Of a stretch of DNA of 64,000 nt, positions 27,876 through 39,205 are shown one piece after another. Below the pieces are notes generated by a model. That model ran no database searches. It saw only the letters and a list, made by a program, of their open reading frames with translations, and was not told the DNA's origin. The position numbers and the translations under genes are program-made. Location: NCBI GenBank assembly GCA_963722735.1, contig CAVROH010000012.1, forward strand, positions 103,735 through 167,734, written 5' to 3'. Positions within the stretch are counted from its first letter, which is position 1. Each line of letters begins with the position of its first letter. The DNA comes from an uncultured Chloroflexia bacterium (GTDB lineage: Bacteria; Chloroflexota; Anaerolineae; Anaerolineales; UBA11579).

Positions 27876-28709
27876 GTGATGGAAGGGTTATTGGATAATA
27901 TTCTTGTAGTTTTAGAAAAATGGTGGCAGGGTTTTGTTGAAAACCTGCCGAGCCTGATCGCCGGGTTGGTGATCTTTCTGCTCAGCCTGTATCTTGCCAG
28001 GGTGATTTCCAGGGCAGTCAAACGGGTAATGAGGCGTCGTGAAAATGATCAGGAATTGACCGTCTTGATCGTCCGCCTGGTGCGCTGGTCGATCATTGGT
28101 CTGGGTATTCTACTGGCCCTGGAACAGGCAGGTCAGGATGTGACCACCTTGCTGACCGGTTTGGGGATCCTCGGGTTCACGGTTGGTTTTGCGCTGCAGG
28201 ATATCAGCGCCAATCTGGTATCCGGGATCCTGCTGCTTTTCGAGCAGCCCTTTGATATTGGGGATGCAATTGAAGTCGCTGATCATTCCGGCACGGTCAA
28301 AAGCATCAACCTGCGCGCCACCGAGATGATCACCTGGGACGGTTTGCTGGTGATCATCCCCAACCGGGATGTGTTCACCAATACGATCACGAACTTCTCC
28401 CGGATCGAGCAGCGCCGGATCGGACTGAGTGTGGGCGTCGGCTATGAGAGCGATCTGGACCATGTGGAAGCCGTAGCTTTGGCGGCGGTGAAATCCCTGA
28501 AGGGGATCAAAGAAGATCCGCCCCCATTCTTTTTGGTGGATAATTTTGGTGATTCGGCGATCAATACAACCGTGTATTACTGGTACGATACCAAAGCCGA
28601 GGGGCTGGCAGATATGACCAATGTCGGTGCGGTGGCTCTCAAAAAGGCTCTCGATCAGGCTGGAATTGATCTCCCGTACCCCATCCGGAGTGTGCGCCTG
28701 GAGAAATAG
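27876..28709 (+). CDS. small-conductance mechanosensitive channel (MscS family)
   Basis: Three TM helices, then FDIGDAIEV...GTVKSINLRATEMITWDGLLVIIPN. Confidence 0.85.
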   Translation: MMEGLLDNILVVLEKWWQGFVENLPSLIAGLVIFLLSLYLARVISRAVKRVMRRRENDQELTVLIVRLVRWSIIGLGILLALEQAGQDVTTLLTGLGILGFTVGFALQDISANLVSGILLLFEQPFDIGDAIEVADHSGTVKSINLRATEMITWDGLLVIIPNRDVFTNTITNFSRIEQRRIGLSVGVGYESDLDHVEAVALAAVKSLKGIKEDPPPFFLVDNFGDSAINTTVYYWYDTKAEGLADMTNVGAVALKKALDQAGIDLPYPIRSVRLEK

Positions 28710-28723
28710 AGCTGTGTAAAAAA

Positions 28724-28762
28724 AACCAGCGGTGCCGATTAGAAGCACCGCTGGTTATATTT
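28724..28762. terminator. bidirectional terminator between convergent genes
   Basis: AACCAGCGGTGC / GCACCGCTGGTT (28724-28735 / 28745-28756), with an A8 run upstream and ATATTT downstream. Confidence 0.6.
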
Positions 28763-28772
28763 AAGGATTAGA

Positions 28773-29267
28773 TCAGTTGGCCCGCAGCACTTTGTCGGGG
28801 CCTTCGTCCACCTCCCAGGGGTAGATGATATGGGCATCGGTGCTGGCAGCGAAGTAATCTGGCCGGTTGGTGCCAAACAGGTTGCGGTAGGGGTTGAAAT
28901 GCAGCACGCAGGTGTACGGGTTTCCGCCAGCAGCTGAGACCCGGTTCTTGACTGCAGTGATCGTGCGCCCGGACCCCCAGACATCATCGAGGACCAGCAC
29001 GCGTCGCCCGGAGAGGGTTTCTGCCTCCGGGAATTGGATGAACTGCGGCCAGATCAGCAGTTTGGTCTCTTCATTCTCAAATTGTGCGGGAAAGTCGACT
29101 GCCGCGGTGAGGATATGGGTGACGCCCATCGCCTCTGCCAGCATCCCCCCCGGAATGATCCCGCCGCGGGTGATCATCAGCATGGCTTGGAATTCATGAT
29201 CAAACTGAACCATCAGATGGTCTATCAGTTTCTGGACTTCATTCCAGGTGATCAATTCTCGTCTCAT
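28773..29267 (-). CDS. phosphoribosyltransferase (Gpt/XGPRT-like)
   Basis: Internal ATG 29267-29265 (MRRELITWNEV...) preceded by GGAGGA. PRPP motif VLVLDDVWGSGRT. Confidence 0.75.
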   Translation of the reverse strand: MRRELITWNEVQKLIDHLMVQFDHEFQAMLMITRGGIIPGGMLAEAMGVTHILTAAVDFPAQFENEETKLLIWPQFIQFPEAETLSGRRVLVLDDVWGSGRTITAVKNRVSAAGGNPYTCVLHFNPYRNLFGTNRPDYFAASTDAHIIYPWEVDEGPDKVLRAN

Positions 29268-29451
29268 TCTTCCTCCAGGTGAGGGGTTTTGCTGCAGCGG
29301 CAGGGTATTTACGCAAGAGACATTATACACGCAGTTGGGGAATTCCACCTGTGCCCGAAGCAATTTTGTACTCCTGCATGAGCGAAATTGGAAGAGGTGG
29401 ATCCATAACCGGACTTTTATTCAGCGTAGGGCAATCGGAGGGTTCCGCCCC

Positions 29452-29479
29452 TTGACCGATATTTTCCAGAGGTTATAAT
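29452..29479 (+). promoter_or_regulatory. sigma-70-like promoter at the head of the glycan locus
   Basis: TTGACC (29452-29457), a 16-nt spacer and TATAAT (29474-29479). AAGGAG at 29501 and ATG at 29514 follow. The extended context CCCTTGACCG...GTTATAATTC is shared with 36765-36797. Confidence 0.55.
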
Positions 29480-29513
29480 TCGGGGACTGAATTTTATTTA
29501 AAGGAGACTTTGA

Positions 29514-30473
<960 letters not shown>

Positions 30474-30518
30474 TTCGAATTGTTCGCGCTGTATCGTTCG
30501 ATGTGAAAGGGATACCAG

Positions 30519-32504
30519 GTGACTCAAACCAGAGACCGGTATATGCTCCGCTGGGGACTGACGGTGGAATTCCTGCTCAGTTCTGCCGGGGCATATGCTT
30601 TCTATTTACATAATCAGGCTCAGGGCTGGTGGGCAGTTTCCGCCAAGCTGCAGGTGGTTGGCCTCTTGATGGGGGGGATTGCCGCTGGGGTAGCAGTGTT
30701 GTGCGGATATGCCTGGTGGGGCGGTGCCGACCGCTTACTGGGATGGCTGAATTCTTTCAGCGTGAAACTCGCCAAACTCAGGTGGGCATTGATCCCGCTG
30801 ATGCTGGCTTTGCTGGCAGCCTTTCCACTATTCATGTCCGGCCACACCGGCCTGATCCTGGGCGCTGTCTGGACGCGGTTGGAGATCCTCTCCTGGCTGA
30901 TCATTCTTCTTACGATCAGCCTAACCGCCTATTGGGGCAGACCCTGGATGGAGAGCGCGCTGATCGCGGCGCTGAGTTTGGCGGTTGTCTCCCATCTGAG
31001 TTCCTACATCCCGCATGTGAACAATTATCCTTTCTCCTTGTGGTGGTCTGAAACCACCCGCTTCTATTTAGGCTCGACCTTTTTTGATCAACGCATCTAT
31101 GGGCAGGATCTTCCCTGGGTGTTCCGGGACTTTACCCGCTACCTGATCCAGGCGGTGCCTTTCCTGATCGAGGACAGCCCGTTGTGGGTGCATCGTCTCT
31201 GGCAGGCTGGGCTGCGCTTCCTGAGCGGCTATCTGGTAGGGTATGTCCTTGCCCGCCGGATGAAGATCTCCAAACCGTTGTTTGTCGGTTTGTTCACCGC
31301 CTGGGTGGGTTTATATCTGTTCCAGGGGCCGCTGTTTTACAATCTGGTGCCGATCGTCATTCTCGTGATCTGGCTGGCAGACCCGAAACGATTGTGGAAG
31401 ACAATGCTGGTGGTTGCCGCCGCATCCGCCTATGCCGGTCTTTCGCGGATCAACTGGGTGCCGATGGCTGGGTTGATGACCGCTTTGTTTTACTTTTTGG
31501 AGATCCCATATCAGGGCAAGAAGTTCAGGGAGATGCTGCTCTATCTGGTTCCGCCAGCTGTCTGGACGGTGGCTGGCTCCCTGATCGGGATTGGTGCAAT
31601 CCAGGTCTGGCAGCGAAATTCAGGCAATCCTCCGGAGATCTTCCATTCCTCGTTCACCTCATATTTGATGTACCATCGTTTGCTGCCCAACATTTCCTAT
31701 CCGCCGGGGATCATCCTCGCTACGCTGATCGTTTCTGCTCCGCTGCTGGTTTACCTGATATTGGGGCTGCGAGGCTGGCGGCAGAGGTGGCATCCGATCC
31801 GGTTGGCAGCCATCCTGGCGGTCATGGCCCTGATGGGGGCTGGTGGATTGCTGGTGAGTATCAAGATCGGCGGCGGCACAAATCTGCACAATATGGATGT
31901 CTTCCTGGTGATATTGCTGCTGGTGGCCGTGGAACTGTTTTTCGACCGGGCCGTGACCGACCAGGGCGACCCTGTACACCTGCCGATGCCGGTATGGTTG
32001 AAAGCATTGGTGGTACTGGTACCGGTCGGGTTTGTTTTCTTGTTTCAGGGGCGCAGTGCTGCCACTCTGGATATGGCACAGGCCGAGGCGGACCTGGCTG
32101 CTCTCCAGACCTATGCAACCGAAGCCGTAGAGGCGGGTGGTGAGGTGTTATTTGTCTCCCAGCGGCATTTGCTCACCTTTGGTTTGATCGAAGGCGTTCC
32201 TCTGGTGCATGAGCACGAGAAGCTCCTGCTGCAGGAGATGGTCATGTCTCAGAATCATGCCTATCTGGATAATTTCGCTGAAGAGATGGCTGAACAGCGC
32301 TATGCCCTGCTGGTGATGGATCCTTTGCCAAGATTTTGGAAAAATCCTGACAAGGTTTCCCTGGCCGTGGAGAACAACGTGGTGAATAAGGACTTGGTGC
32401 CCCTGGTGCTGTGTGCCTATGAAACCAAAGGTACCCTGCTGGATGGCAGCCTGGAAATTCTTGTACCAAAAGCTGAACCGACCTGCAATCTTGAGAAGGA
32501 GTAA
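30519..32504 (+). CDS. large polytopic membrane protein (GT-C/polymerase-like) with a soluble C-terminal domain
   Basis: 661-aa ORF (GTG start; an alternative ATG lies at 30543) with at least 12 hydrophobic helices. No family recognised with confidence. Confidence 0.55.
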   Translation: MTQTRDRYMLRWGLTVEFLLSSAGAYAFYLHNQAQGWWAVSAKLQVVGLLMGGIAAGVAVLCGYAWWGGADRLLGWLNSFSVKLAKLRWALIPLMLALLAAFPLFMSGHTGLILGAVWTRLEILSWLIILLTISLTAYWGRPWMESALIAALSLAVVSHLSSYIPHVNNYPFSLWWSETTRFYLGSTFFDQRIYGQDLPWVFRDFTRYLIQAVPFLIEDSPLWVHRLWQAGLRFLSGYLVGYVLARRMKISKPLFVGLFTAWVGLYLFQGPLFYNLVPIVILVIWLADPKRLWKTMLVVAAASAYAGLSRINWVPMAGLMTALFYFLEIPYQGKKFREMLLYLVPPAVWTVAGSLIGIGAIQVWQRNSGNPPEIFHSSFTSYLMYHRLLPNISYPPGIILATLIVSAPLLVYLILGLRGWRQRWHPIRLAAILAVMALMGAGGLLVSIKIGGGTNLHNMDVFLVILLLVAVELFFDRAVTDQGDPVHLPMPVWLKALVVLVPVGFVFLFQGRSAATLDMAQAEADLAALQTYATEAVEAGGEVLFVSQRHLLTFGLIEGVPLVHEHEKLLLQEMVMSQNHAYLDNFAEEMAEQRYALLVMDPLPRFWKNPDKVSLAVENNVVNKDLVPLVLCAYETKGTLLDGSLEILVPKAEPTCNLEKE

Positions 32505-32509
32505 AGGCA

Positions 32510-33436
32510 ATGTTGATTTCTTTTGTGATCCCTTCCTATAATGAAGAGCCTAGCCTGCGTAAGCTGTATGAGCAGATCGTGGTCCATACACAACCGACCG
32601 GAAACGATTATGAGATCATTTTTGTGGATGATGGCAGTACCGATGAGTCTATCCGGGTATTAGCTGAATTACATGCCCAGGACCCGCGGGTCAAGGTGAT
32701 CGAGTTTCGCCGTAATTTTGGCAAGGCGGCTGCCCTGATGGCCGGGTTTGCCATGTCCGGGGGCGAGGTCATCTTCACCATGGATGCTGATCTGCAGGAT
32801 GACCCGGTGGAGATCCCCCGCTTTCTGGAAAAGCTGGAAGAGGGCTATGACCTGGTCTCCGGCTGGAAGTACCCGCGCTTGGACCCAATCACAAAGACCG
32901 CACCTTCCAGACTGGCAAATTCTGCTATCCGCGCAGGGAGTGGGTTGAAGCTGCATGACTTCAATTGCGGCTTCAAGGCGATGCGCGCCGATGTCGCCAA
33001 GGAGATTAAGCTATACGGTGAGCTGCACCGCTATGTGCCCGTTCTGGCTAACTGGCGCGGTTTCAAAGTGACCGAGATCAAGGTGCTCCACCACCCGCGG
33101 CAGTTCGGTTCCTCCAAGTACGGGATCAAACGGCTTTCCCGCGGCTTGTTCGATTTCATCACCGTGGTCTTCCTGATCCGCTTTACCCGTCGCCCGCTGC
33201 ATTTCTTCGGCTGGCCGGGTCTGATCTCTCTGGGGCTTGGCTTCCTGATCGATATCTATCTGACCATTCTTTGGCTGCAGGGAATTACCATCGGACACCG
33301 CCCTCTGCTGACCCTAGGGACCCTGCTGATCATCATCGGCGCACAGTTCTTTGGCCTGGGCTTGCTGGCGGAAATGCTGTCGTACAGCATCCTTTCCCGC
33401 GAAGAGGAGTTTGCGGTCCGCAACACTCTGAAGTAG
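32510..33436 (+). CDS. polyprenyl-phosphate glycosyltransferase (GT2, DPM1/ArnC/GtrB-like)
   Basis: VIPSYNEE...IIFVDDGSTD...RNFGKAAAL...DADLQDDP plus two C-terminal TM helices. Confidence 0.85.
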   Translation: MLISFVIPSYNEEPSLRKLYEQIVVHTQPTGNDYEIIFVDDGSTDESIRVLAELHAQDPRVKVIEFRRNFGKAAALMAGFAMSGGEVIFTMDADLQDDPVEIPRFLEKLEEGYDLVSGWKYPRLDPITKTAPSRLANSAIRAGSGLKLHDFNCGFKAMRADVAKEIKLYGELHRYVPVLANWRGFKVTEIKVLHHPRQFGSSKYGIKRLSRGLFDFITVVFLIRFTRRPLHFFGWPGLISLGLGFLIDIYLTILWLQGITIGHRPLLTLGTLLIIIGAQFFGLGLLAEMLSYSILSREEEFAVRNTLK

Positions 33437-33495
33437 TATCACCAAAATTTAAATCCACATTCTTGTAGAACAAGAATTTCTAGGGAGATTTTAGT

Positions 33496-35193
33496 ATGAA
33501 TTTTATTGGCAAAACGCTAACCCATCCTGTTATTCAACATGCCCAGCAGTCGCCGGATGCCACCACCCTGATTATGATCAACCAGGATGGCAGCGAGAAC
33601 GTGATCACGGCAGCCGAGTTTGATTGCCAGGCGGCTGAGTTTGCCCGTACCCTGAAGCAGTTTGGGGTTGGCCCTGAAGACCTGGTGATCCTGGTGCTCA
33701 AGCACTCCGAGGTGCTGCTATTTGCTTTCTGGGGGGCATTGTATCTGGGCGCGATCCCATCGATCTTCCCCTTCCTGACCGAAAAGCTGGACCCCGAATT
33801 GTATCTGCAGCGGGTCAAAGCCCTGGTGACCAACGAAAGCGCCAAAGCGGTGATTACCTACCCGGAATTCAAGCAGGAATTGACCGATCTGCTCTCTGAG
33901 GCAGGCTGCCGGGTGATCGGTACCGATGAGGTCTCAGCCACTGCCGCCGAGGACGGACAGCCGGAAGATTTCTGGCAGGAGCCGTCCGGGGACAAGATCG
34001 CCTTCCTGCAGCACAGCAGCGGGACCACCGGTCTGCAAAAGGGGGTGGCGCTCTCACACCGCTCAGTCCTGAATCAGATCGCTTCATATAGGGAAGCGAT
34101 CGAGCTGAATGATGAGGATGTGATCGTCAGTTGGCTGCCGCTTTATCACGATATGGGCCTGATCGCCGGATTCGTGCTGCCGATCGTGACCGGCGTCCCG
34201 CTTGTGCTGATGTCTCCGTTCCACTGGATCCGGGACCCGAAGATATTATTCAAAGCGATTGACAAGCACAAAGGCACCCTGTGCTGGCTGCCGAACTTTG
34301 CTTACAACCACATGGCGCGGGTTGCGCGTCCCTCTGCTCTGGAAGGGTTGGATCTAAGCTCCTGGCGGGCGACGATCAACTGTTCCGAACCGGTCTATCA
34401 CCAGAGCCATCAGGTGCTGCTGGAAAAGCTCTCACCTTACGGATTGCGCGAAGAAGCGCTGTCGGTCTCTTATGCGATGGCGGAGAACACCTTTGCCGTC
34501 ACCCAGACAAAGATGGATGAGCCGCCCAACGTGGATTGGGTTGAGATCGCCGCCTTGCAGGGTGATGGGAAGGCGATTCCGGCGGAGGCTGGTACAGCCG
34601 GCGCGGTGGCGATGGTCAGTTGTGGCGGCCCGATCAAGGGCACGGAGATCGCCATTGTAGATCCGGATCGAAATGAACTGCCCGAACGCCGGGTGGGTGA
34701 GATCAAGCTGCGTTCCAACTGCATGCTGACCGAATATTACAAGCGCCCGGGGATCACCGCTGAGGCGATTGTGGATGGCTGGTATCACACCGGGGATATG
34801 GGTTACATTGTCGATGGGGAACTCTACATCACCGGCCGCATGAAGGATCTGATCATTGTTGGCGGGAAGAACATATACCCTCAGGATCTGGAGGCAATCG
34901 CCAACCACATCCCGGGAGTCTATCCGGGGCGGGCGGTAGCTTTTGGTCTGGTCGATGAGCGCATCGGCTCTGAAGTCATCGTGATGGTGGCGGAATTGAA
35001 GTCCGATCTGGATGGCGTTACCCCGGAAGAGATCGAGCGCGAGCTGCGTAAGCAGGTGGTAGCCACAACCGAAGTGACCCTGGCAGATGTGCGTCTGGTG
35101 GAAGAGCGCTGGGTGATCAAGACCTCTAGCGGCAAGATCGGCCGGGCCGATAACCGCGAGAAATATTTGAAGCAGTTCAGGAGCCATGGATAA
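33496..35193 (+). CDS. fatty acyl-AMP ligase (FAAL-type ANL adenylating enzyme)
   Basis: LQHSSGTTGLQKGV, LPLYHDMGL, YHTGDMGY and KTSSGKIGR. No thioester-forming partner is adjacent. Confidence 0.8.
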   Translation: MNFIGKTLTHPVIQHAQQSPDATTLIMINQDGSENVITAAEFDCQAAEFARTLKQFGVGPEDLVILVLKHSEVLLFAFWGALYLGAIPSIFPFLTEKLDPELYLQRVKALVTNESAKAVITYPEFKQELTDLLSEAGCRVIGTDEVSATAAEDGQPEDFWQEPSGDKIAFLQHSSGTTGLQKGVALSHRSVLNQIASYREAIELNDEDVIVSWLPLYHDMGLIAGFVLPIVTGVPLVLMSPFHWIRDPKILFKAIDKHKGTLCWLPNFAYNHMARVARPSALEGLDLSSWRATINCSEPVYHQSHQVLLEKLSPYGLREEALSVSYAMAENTFAVTQTKMDEPPNVDWVEIAALQGDGKAIPAEAGTAGAVAMVSCGGPIKGTEIAIVDPDRNELPERRVGEIKLRSNCMLTEYYKRPGITAEAIVDGWYHTGDMGYIVDGELYITGRMKDLIIVGGKNIYPQDLEAIANHIPGVYPGRAVAFGLVDERIGSEVIVMVAELKSDLDGVTPEEIERELRKQVVATTEVTLADVRLVEERWVIKTSSGKIGRADNREKYLKQFRSHG

Positions 35194-36754
35194 GTTGAAG
35201 ATCACTGCCAGGCAAGTCTGGATCGCGGCTGGCGCGGCTGTGCTGCTGGCCGGGCTTTCCTTGCTGATGGCCTGGGTCTCGAACGGCGCTCAATCACTGG
35301 CTGGCAGGCATCGATTTTTGCTTGCCGGAATAGTTGGATTGGCGCTGTGCTGGGCCTGGGCGTTGGTCGTGCGCAAGGAAGCGCCTCCACGCTGGCTGAT
35401 CTGGCTGGTGGCGGGAGCAATTGTGCTGCGGCTGGTGGTGGGGATCTTCTGGGTGGCGGCGCTGCCGGTGTGGGGCAACCCGAATGAGGTCCAGCAGGCC
35501 GGTTATGTGATGTTCGATCCCTACCTGCGGGATGGCGCTGCCTGGGAGCTGGCTCAGTCTGGCGAGCCGCTGCTGTCTGCTTTTGCGGGGTATTCGTCGC
35601 ATGATCAATACGGCGGGCTGCTGTTCCTCAGCGCGCTGACCTACCGCCTGCTGGGCGGGGAGCTGCACCAGCCTTTGCTGATGGTCATGCTGACCGGCAT
35701 GGCCTCGGGGATGGCGGTGCTATTTACCTGGGCGTTTGTGCGCCGCCTGTGGGGTGAATCGGGAGCCAGGATTGCTGTCTGGGCATTGGCCCTCTATCCG
35801 GAGGCGGTGCTGCTGGGGAGTTCCCAGATGCGCGAGGCCTTCACCATCCCCCTGAGCGCGGTGCTGGCTTATCTGCTGGTGCGTTATTACCAGGAGCGGG
35901 ATAAAAGAGACCTGCTGCTGATCGCGCTGACGGCGTTGATCACGGCAGCGTTTACCTGGACATTCTTACTGCAACTGGCGGCGATGTTAGCCCTGTTGGG
36001 CGTGGGCTTATGGTTTGGCGGCCGTGATAGGAAAGCGCTCCCGCGCTGGATGACTGCATTGCTGGCGTTTGGCGGGCTGGTGGCTGTGGTCGCCGGGGGG
36101 TATCTGTGGCGCTGGCTGTTGACCATGAACAACTTCCAGAGCTATCTGACTGTACATGCCTCCGGGGTGGTCCAGGCTGTGATCGGACGCTTGCCTGAAT
36201 TGCTGCAGGTTCCTTTTATTGTGGCTTACGGGGTGGTGCGCCCCTTATTACCAGCGGCGCTGACCGAACTTGGCCCGGCGGAATTCTGGCGCTGGGTGGC
36301 GATCTGGCGCTCCCTGGGCTGGACGATATTACTTACCATGCTGGTGTATGCCACCCTGATGGTGATCCGCAAGCGGCAGTGGTTGCAGCCCGCCGGGATG
36401 CTGGCCTGGGGCAGTTGGGGGATGATCCTGGTGGCCTCCTTCAGAGCGGGCGGTGATATGTGGGATAACCCGCGCTATCGGGCCAGCGCTGTGGTCATCC
36501 AGGTGGCGCTGGTGATCTGGGCATGGCTGCACCATCAGGAAGACCGGGAGCCGCTGCTGCGCCGGCTGGTGGTGATGGTCGCCTTGATGGAAGTGGTGAT
36601 CACCCTTTGGTATGCAGCGCGCTATTCGGAATCAGGCGGGCTGGCTGGCCGGGTAGAGACCCGGGTGGCGATCGGTCTGGGTGTAGGCGTGTTGTATTGG
36701 CTGCTGGACTGGCTCTGGGAGCTGCGCAAAAACAGGGAAGGGCTTTCTTCCTGA
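35186..36754 (+). CDS. polytopic membrane protein (GT-C/ArnT-like or polymerase-like)
   Basis: 522 aa, about 12 TM helices. Its ATG overlaps the FAAL stop by 8 nt and has its own AGGAG. Confidence 0.55.
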   Translation: MDKLKITARQVWIAAGAAVLLAGLSLLMAWVSNGAQSLAGRHRFLLAGIVGLALCWAWALVVRKEAPPRWLIWLVAGAIVLRLVVGIFWVAALPVWGNPNEVQQAGYVMFDPYLRDGAAWELAQSGEPLLSAFAGYSSHDQYGGLLFLSALTYRLLGGELHQPLLMVMLTGMASGMAVLFTWAFVRRLWGESGARIAVWALALYPEAVLLGSSQMREAFTIPLSAVLAYLLVRYYQERDKRDLLLIALTALITAAFTWTFLLQLAAMLALLGVGLWFGGRDRKALPRWMTALLAFGGLVAVVAGGYLWRWLLTMNNFQSYLTVHASGVVQAVIGRLPELLQVPFIVAYGVVRPLLPAALTELGPAEFWRWVAIWRSLGWTILLTMLVYATLMVIRKRQWLQPAGMLAWGSWGMILVASFRAGGDMWDNPRYRASAVVIQVALVIWAWLHHQEDREPLLRRLVVMVALMEVVITLWYAARYSESGGLAGRVETRVAIGLGVGVLYWLLDWLWELRKNREGLSS

Positions 36755-36767
36755 CCGGGTTCAACCC

Positions 36768-36811
36768 TTGACCGGTTTCCTCACACTGTTATAATTCAGA
36801 TGCTGAATTAT
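36768..36811 (+). promoter_or_regulatory. internal promoter with an operator-like palindrome overlapping the -10 box
   Basis: TTGACC (36768-36773), a 16-nt spacer and TATAAT (36790-36795). A perfect inverted repeat ATAATTCAG-ATG-CTGAATTAT spans 36791-36811. Confidence 0.55.
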
Positions 36812-37328
36812 GGAGCGTATGAATATGGAACCATCGATTGAAGAAGTAAGAGAATTGAATTTACTGGAAAGGATCGAAGAAGATCCGGATATTACCCAGG
36901 CCAATCTGGCCGACCAACTGGGTGTGGCCGTTGGTACGGTCAATTGGCATATTAAACGCCTGGTTGAAAAAGGTTATGTCAAGGTCAAGCGCGCCCAGCG
37001 CAAAAAGCTGCGCTATATCATCACTCCCAGCGGGATCGCGCTGCGCGCCCGCCTAACGGTGGAATATATTGAATGGTCGATGCTGCTCTACCGCAAGACC
37101 CGTCAGCGAGTGGGCAAGCTGCTGACTGAGCTGCAGGAATCCGGCTACAACTCTGTGCGCATCGAGGTCAGTGACCAGGGCCCCGACGATATTCTGGATA
37201 TTTGCCGCCTGACCTGCCTCGAACACGGTGTAGAGACCTTGGTGGAGTCAGACCCGGGCGAGACCCCCGTGCTGGAAGTGAGCGGCTCAAAAGTGTATTT
37301 GCATTTTCCTAAACAAACGATGAATTAA
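36810..37328 (+). CDS. winged-helix (MarR/Lrp-type HTH) transcriptional regulator
   Basis: EDPDITQANLADQLGVAVGTVNWHIKRLVEKGYV is an HTH plus wing. The start is ambiguous (ATG 36810, 36819 or 36825); GGAG at 36813 favours 36825. Confidence 0.7.
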   Translation: MERMNMEPSIEEVRELNLLERIEEDPDITQANLADQLGVAVGTVNWHIKRLVEKGYVKVKRAQRKKLRYIITPSGIALRARLTVEYIEWSMLLYRKTRQRVGKLLTELQESGYNSVRIEVSDQGPDDILDICRLTCLEHGVETLVESDPGETPVLEVSGSKVYLHFPKQTMN

Positions 37329-38303
<975 letters not shown>

Positions 38304-38338
38304 GGCGTTCCGCTGCCTGTGATCGGAAAGCAAAATTT

Positions 38339-39196
38339 ATGGAACAAAACCTGACAACAACCTCTCCGGAAAGATCGGAGCGCGAGGTGATCCTCAAGCC
38401 GACCAAGGGCTGGATCTCTCTCAATTTGAGAGACCTGTGGCTCTACCGTGAGCTGGTCTATTTCCTTACCTGGCGGGATATCCTCGTCCGTTATAAGCAG
38501 ACCCTGCTGGGCGCGGCCTGGGCGATCATCCAACCATTGATGCAGATGGTGGTCTTTAACTTCCTGTTCGGCAATATGGCCGATATACCCACCGGGGAAG
38601 TGCCGCGCACGATCTTCACCTTCTCCGCCCTGCTGCCGTGGAACCTGTTCTCCAAGGCGCTCAGCGATGCCAGCCGTTCGCTGGTTTCCAGCCGCGGGAT
38701 GATCACCAAAGTGTACTTCCCCAGGCTGGTGATCCCGCTGTCCTCGATTCTCAGCGGGCTGGTCGATTTCCTGATCGCGGCTGTGATCCTGGCAGGGATG
38801 ATGATCTATTATCAGGTCAAGATATCGGCGGTGGCATGGCTGCTTCCGCTGGTGATCCTGTTCGTTCTGATCCTGGCCCTGGGTGTGGGGTTGTGGTTCT
38901 CCGCCTGGAATCTGCATTACCGGGATGTGCAGTATTTTGTCCCCTTCCTGACCCAGTTCTGGCTGCTGGCTTCTCCGATCGCCTATCCGCTCAGCGAGAT
39001 TCCCGAACAGTGGCAGACCCTGTATATGCTCAACCCAATGGTTGGGGTGGTGGAAAGCTTTCGTTGGGCGCTGGTGGGTGGAGACCCGGTGCCAACCTTT
39101 GCACTGGTCTCCACCGGGGTGATCAGTCTGGTTGTTTTGGTCAGCGGCCTGTTCTACTTCCGCCGCATGGAACGCACATTCGCGGATATGGTGTGA
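38339..39196 (+). CDS. wzm: ABC-2 type polysaccharide export permease
   Basis: 285 aa with 6 TM helices. The N-terminal LWxYRELxxxLxxRDIxxRYKQTxLG motif is typical of Wzm/TagG/KpsM. Confidence 0.85.
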   Translation: MEQNLTTTSPERSEREVILKPTKGWISLNLRDLWLYRELVYFLTWRDILVRYKQTLLGAAWAIIQPLMQMVVFNFLFGNMADIPTGEVPRTIFTFSALLPWNLFSKALSDASRSLVSSRGMITKVYFPRLVIPLSSILSGLVDFLIAAVILAGMMIYYQVKISAVAWLLPLVILFVLILALGVGLWFSAWNLHYRDVQYFVPFLTQFWLLASPIAYPLSEIPEQWQTLYMLNPMVGVVESFRWALVGGDPVPTFALVSTGVISLVVLVSGLFYFRRMERTFADMV

Positions 39197-39205
39197 GGTG
39201 AGAAC

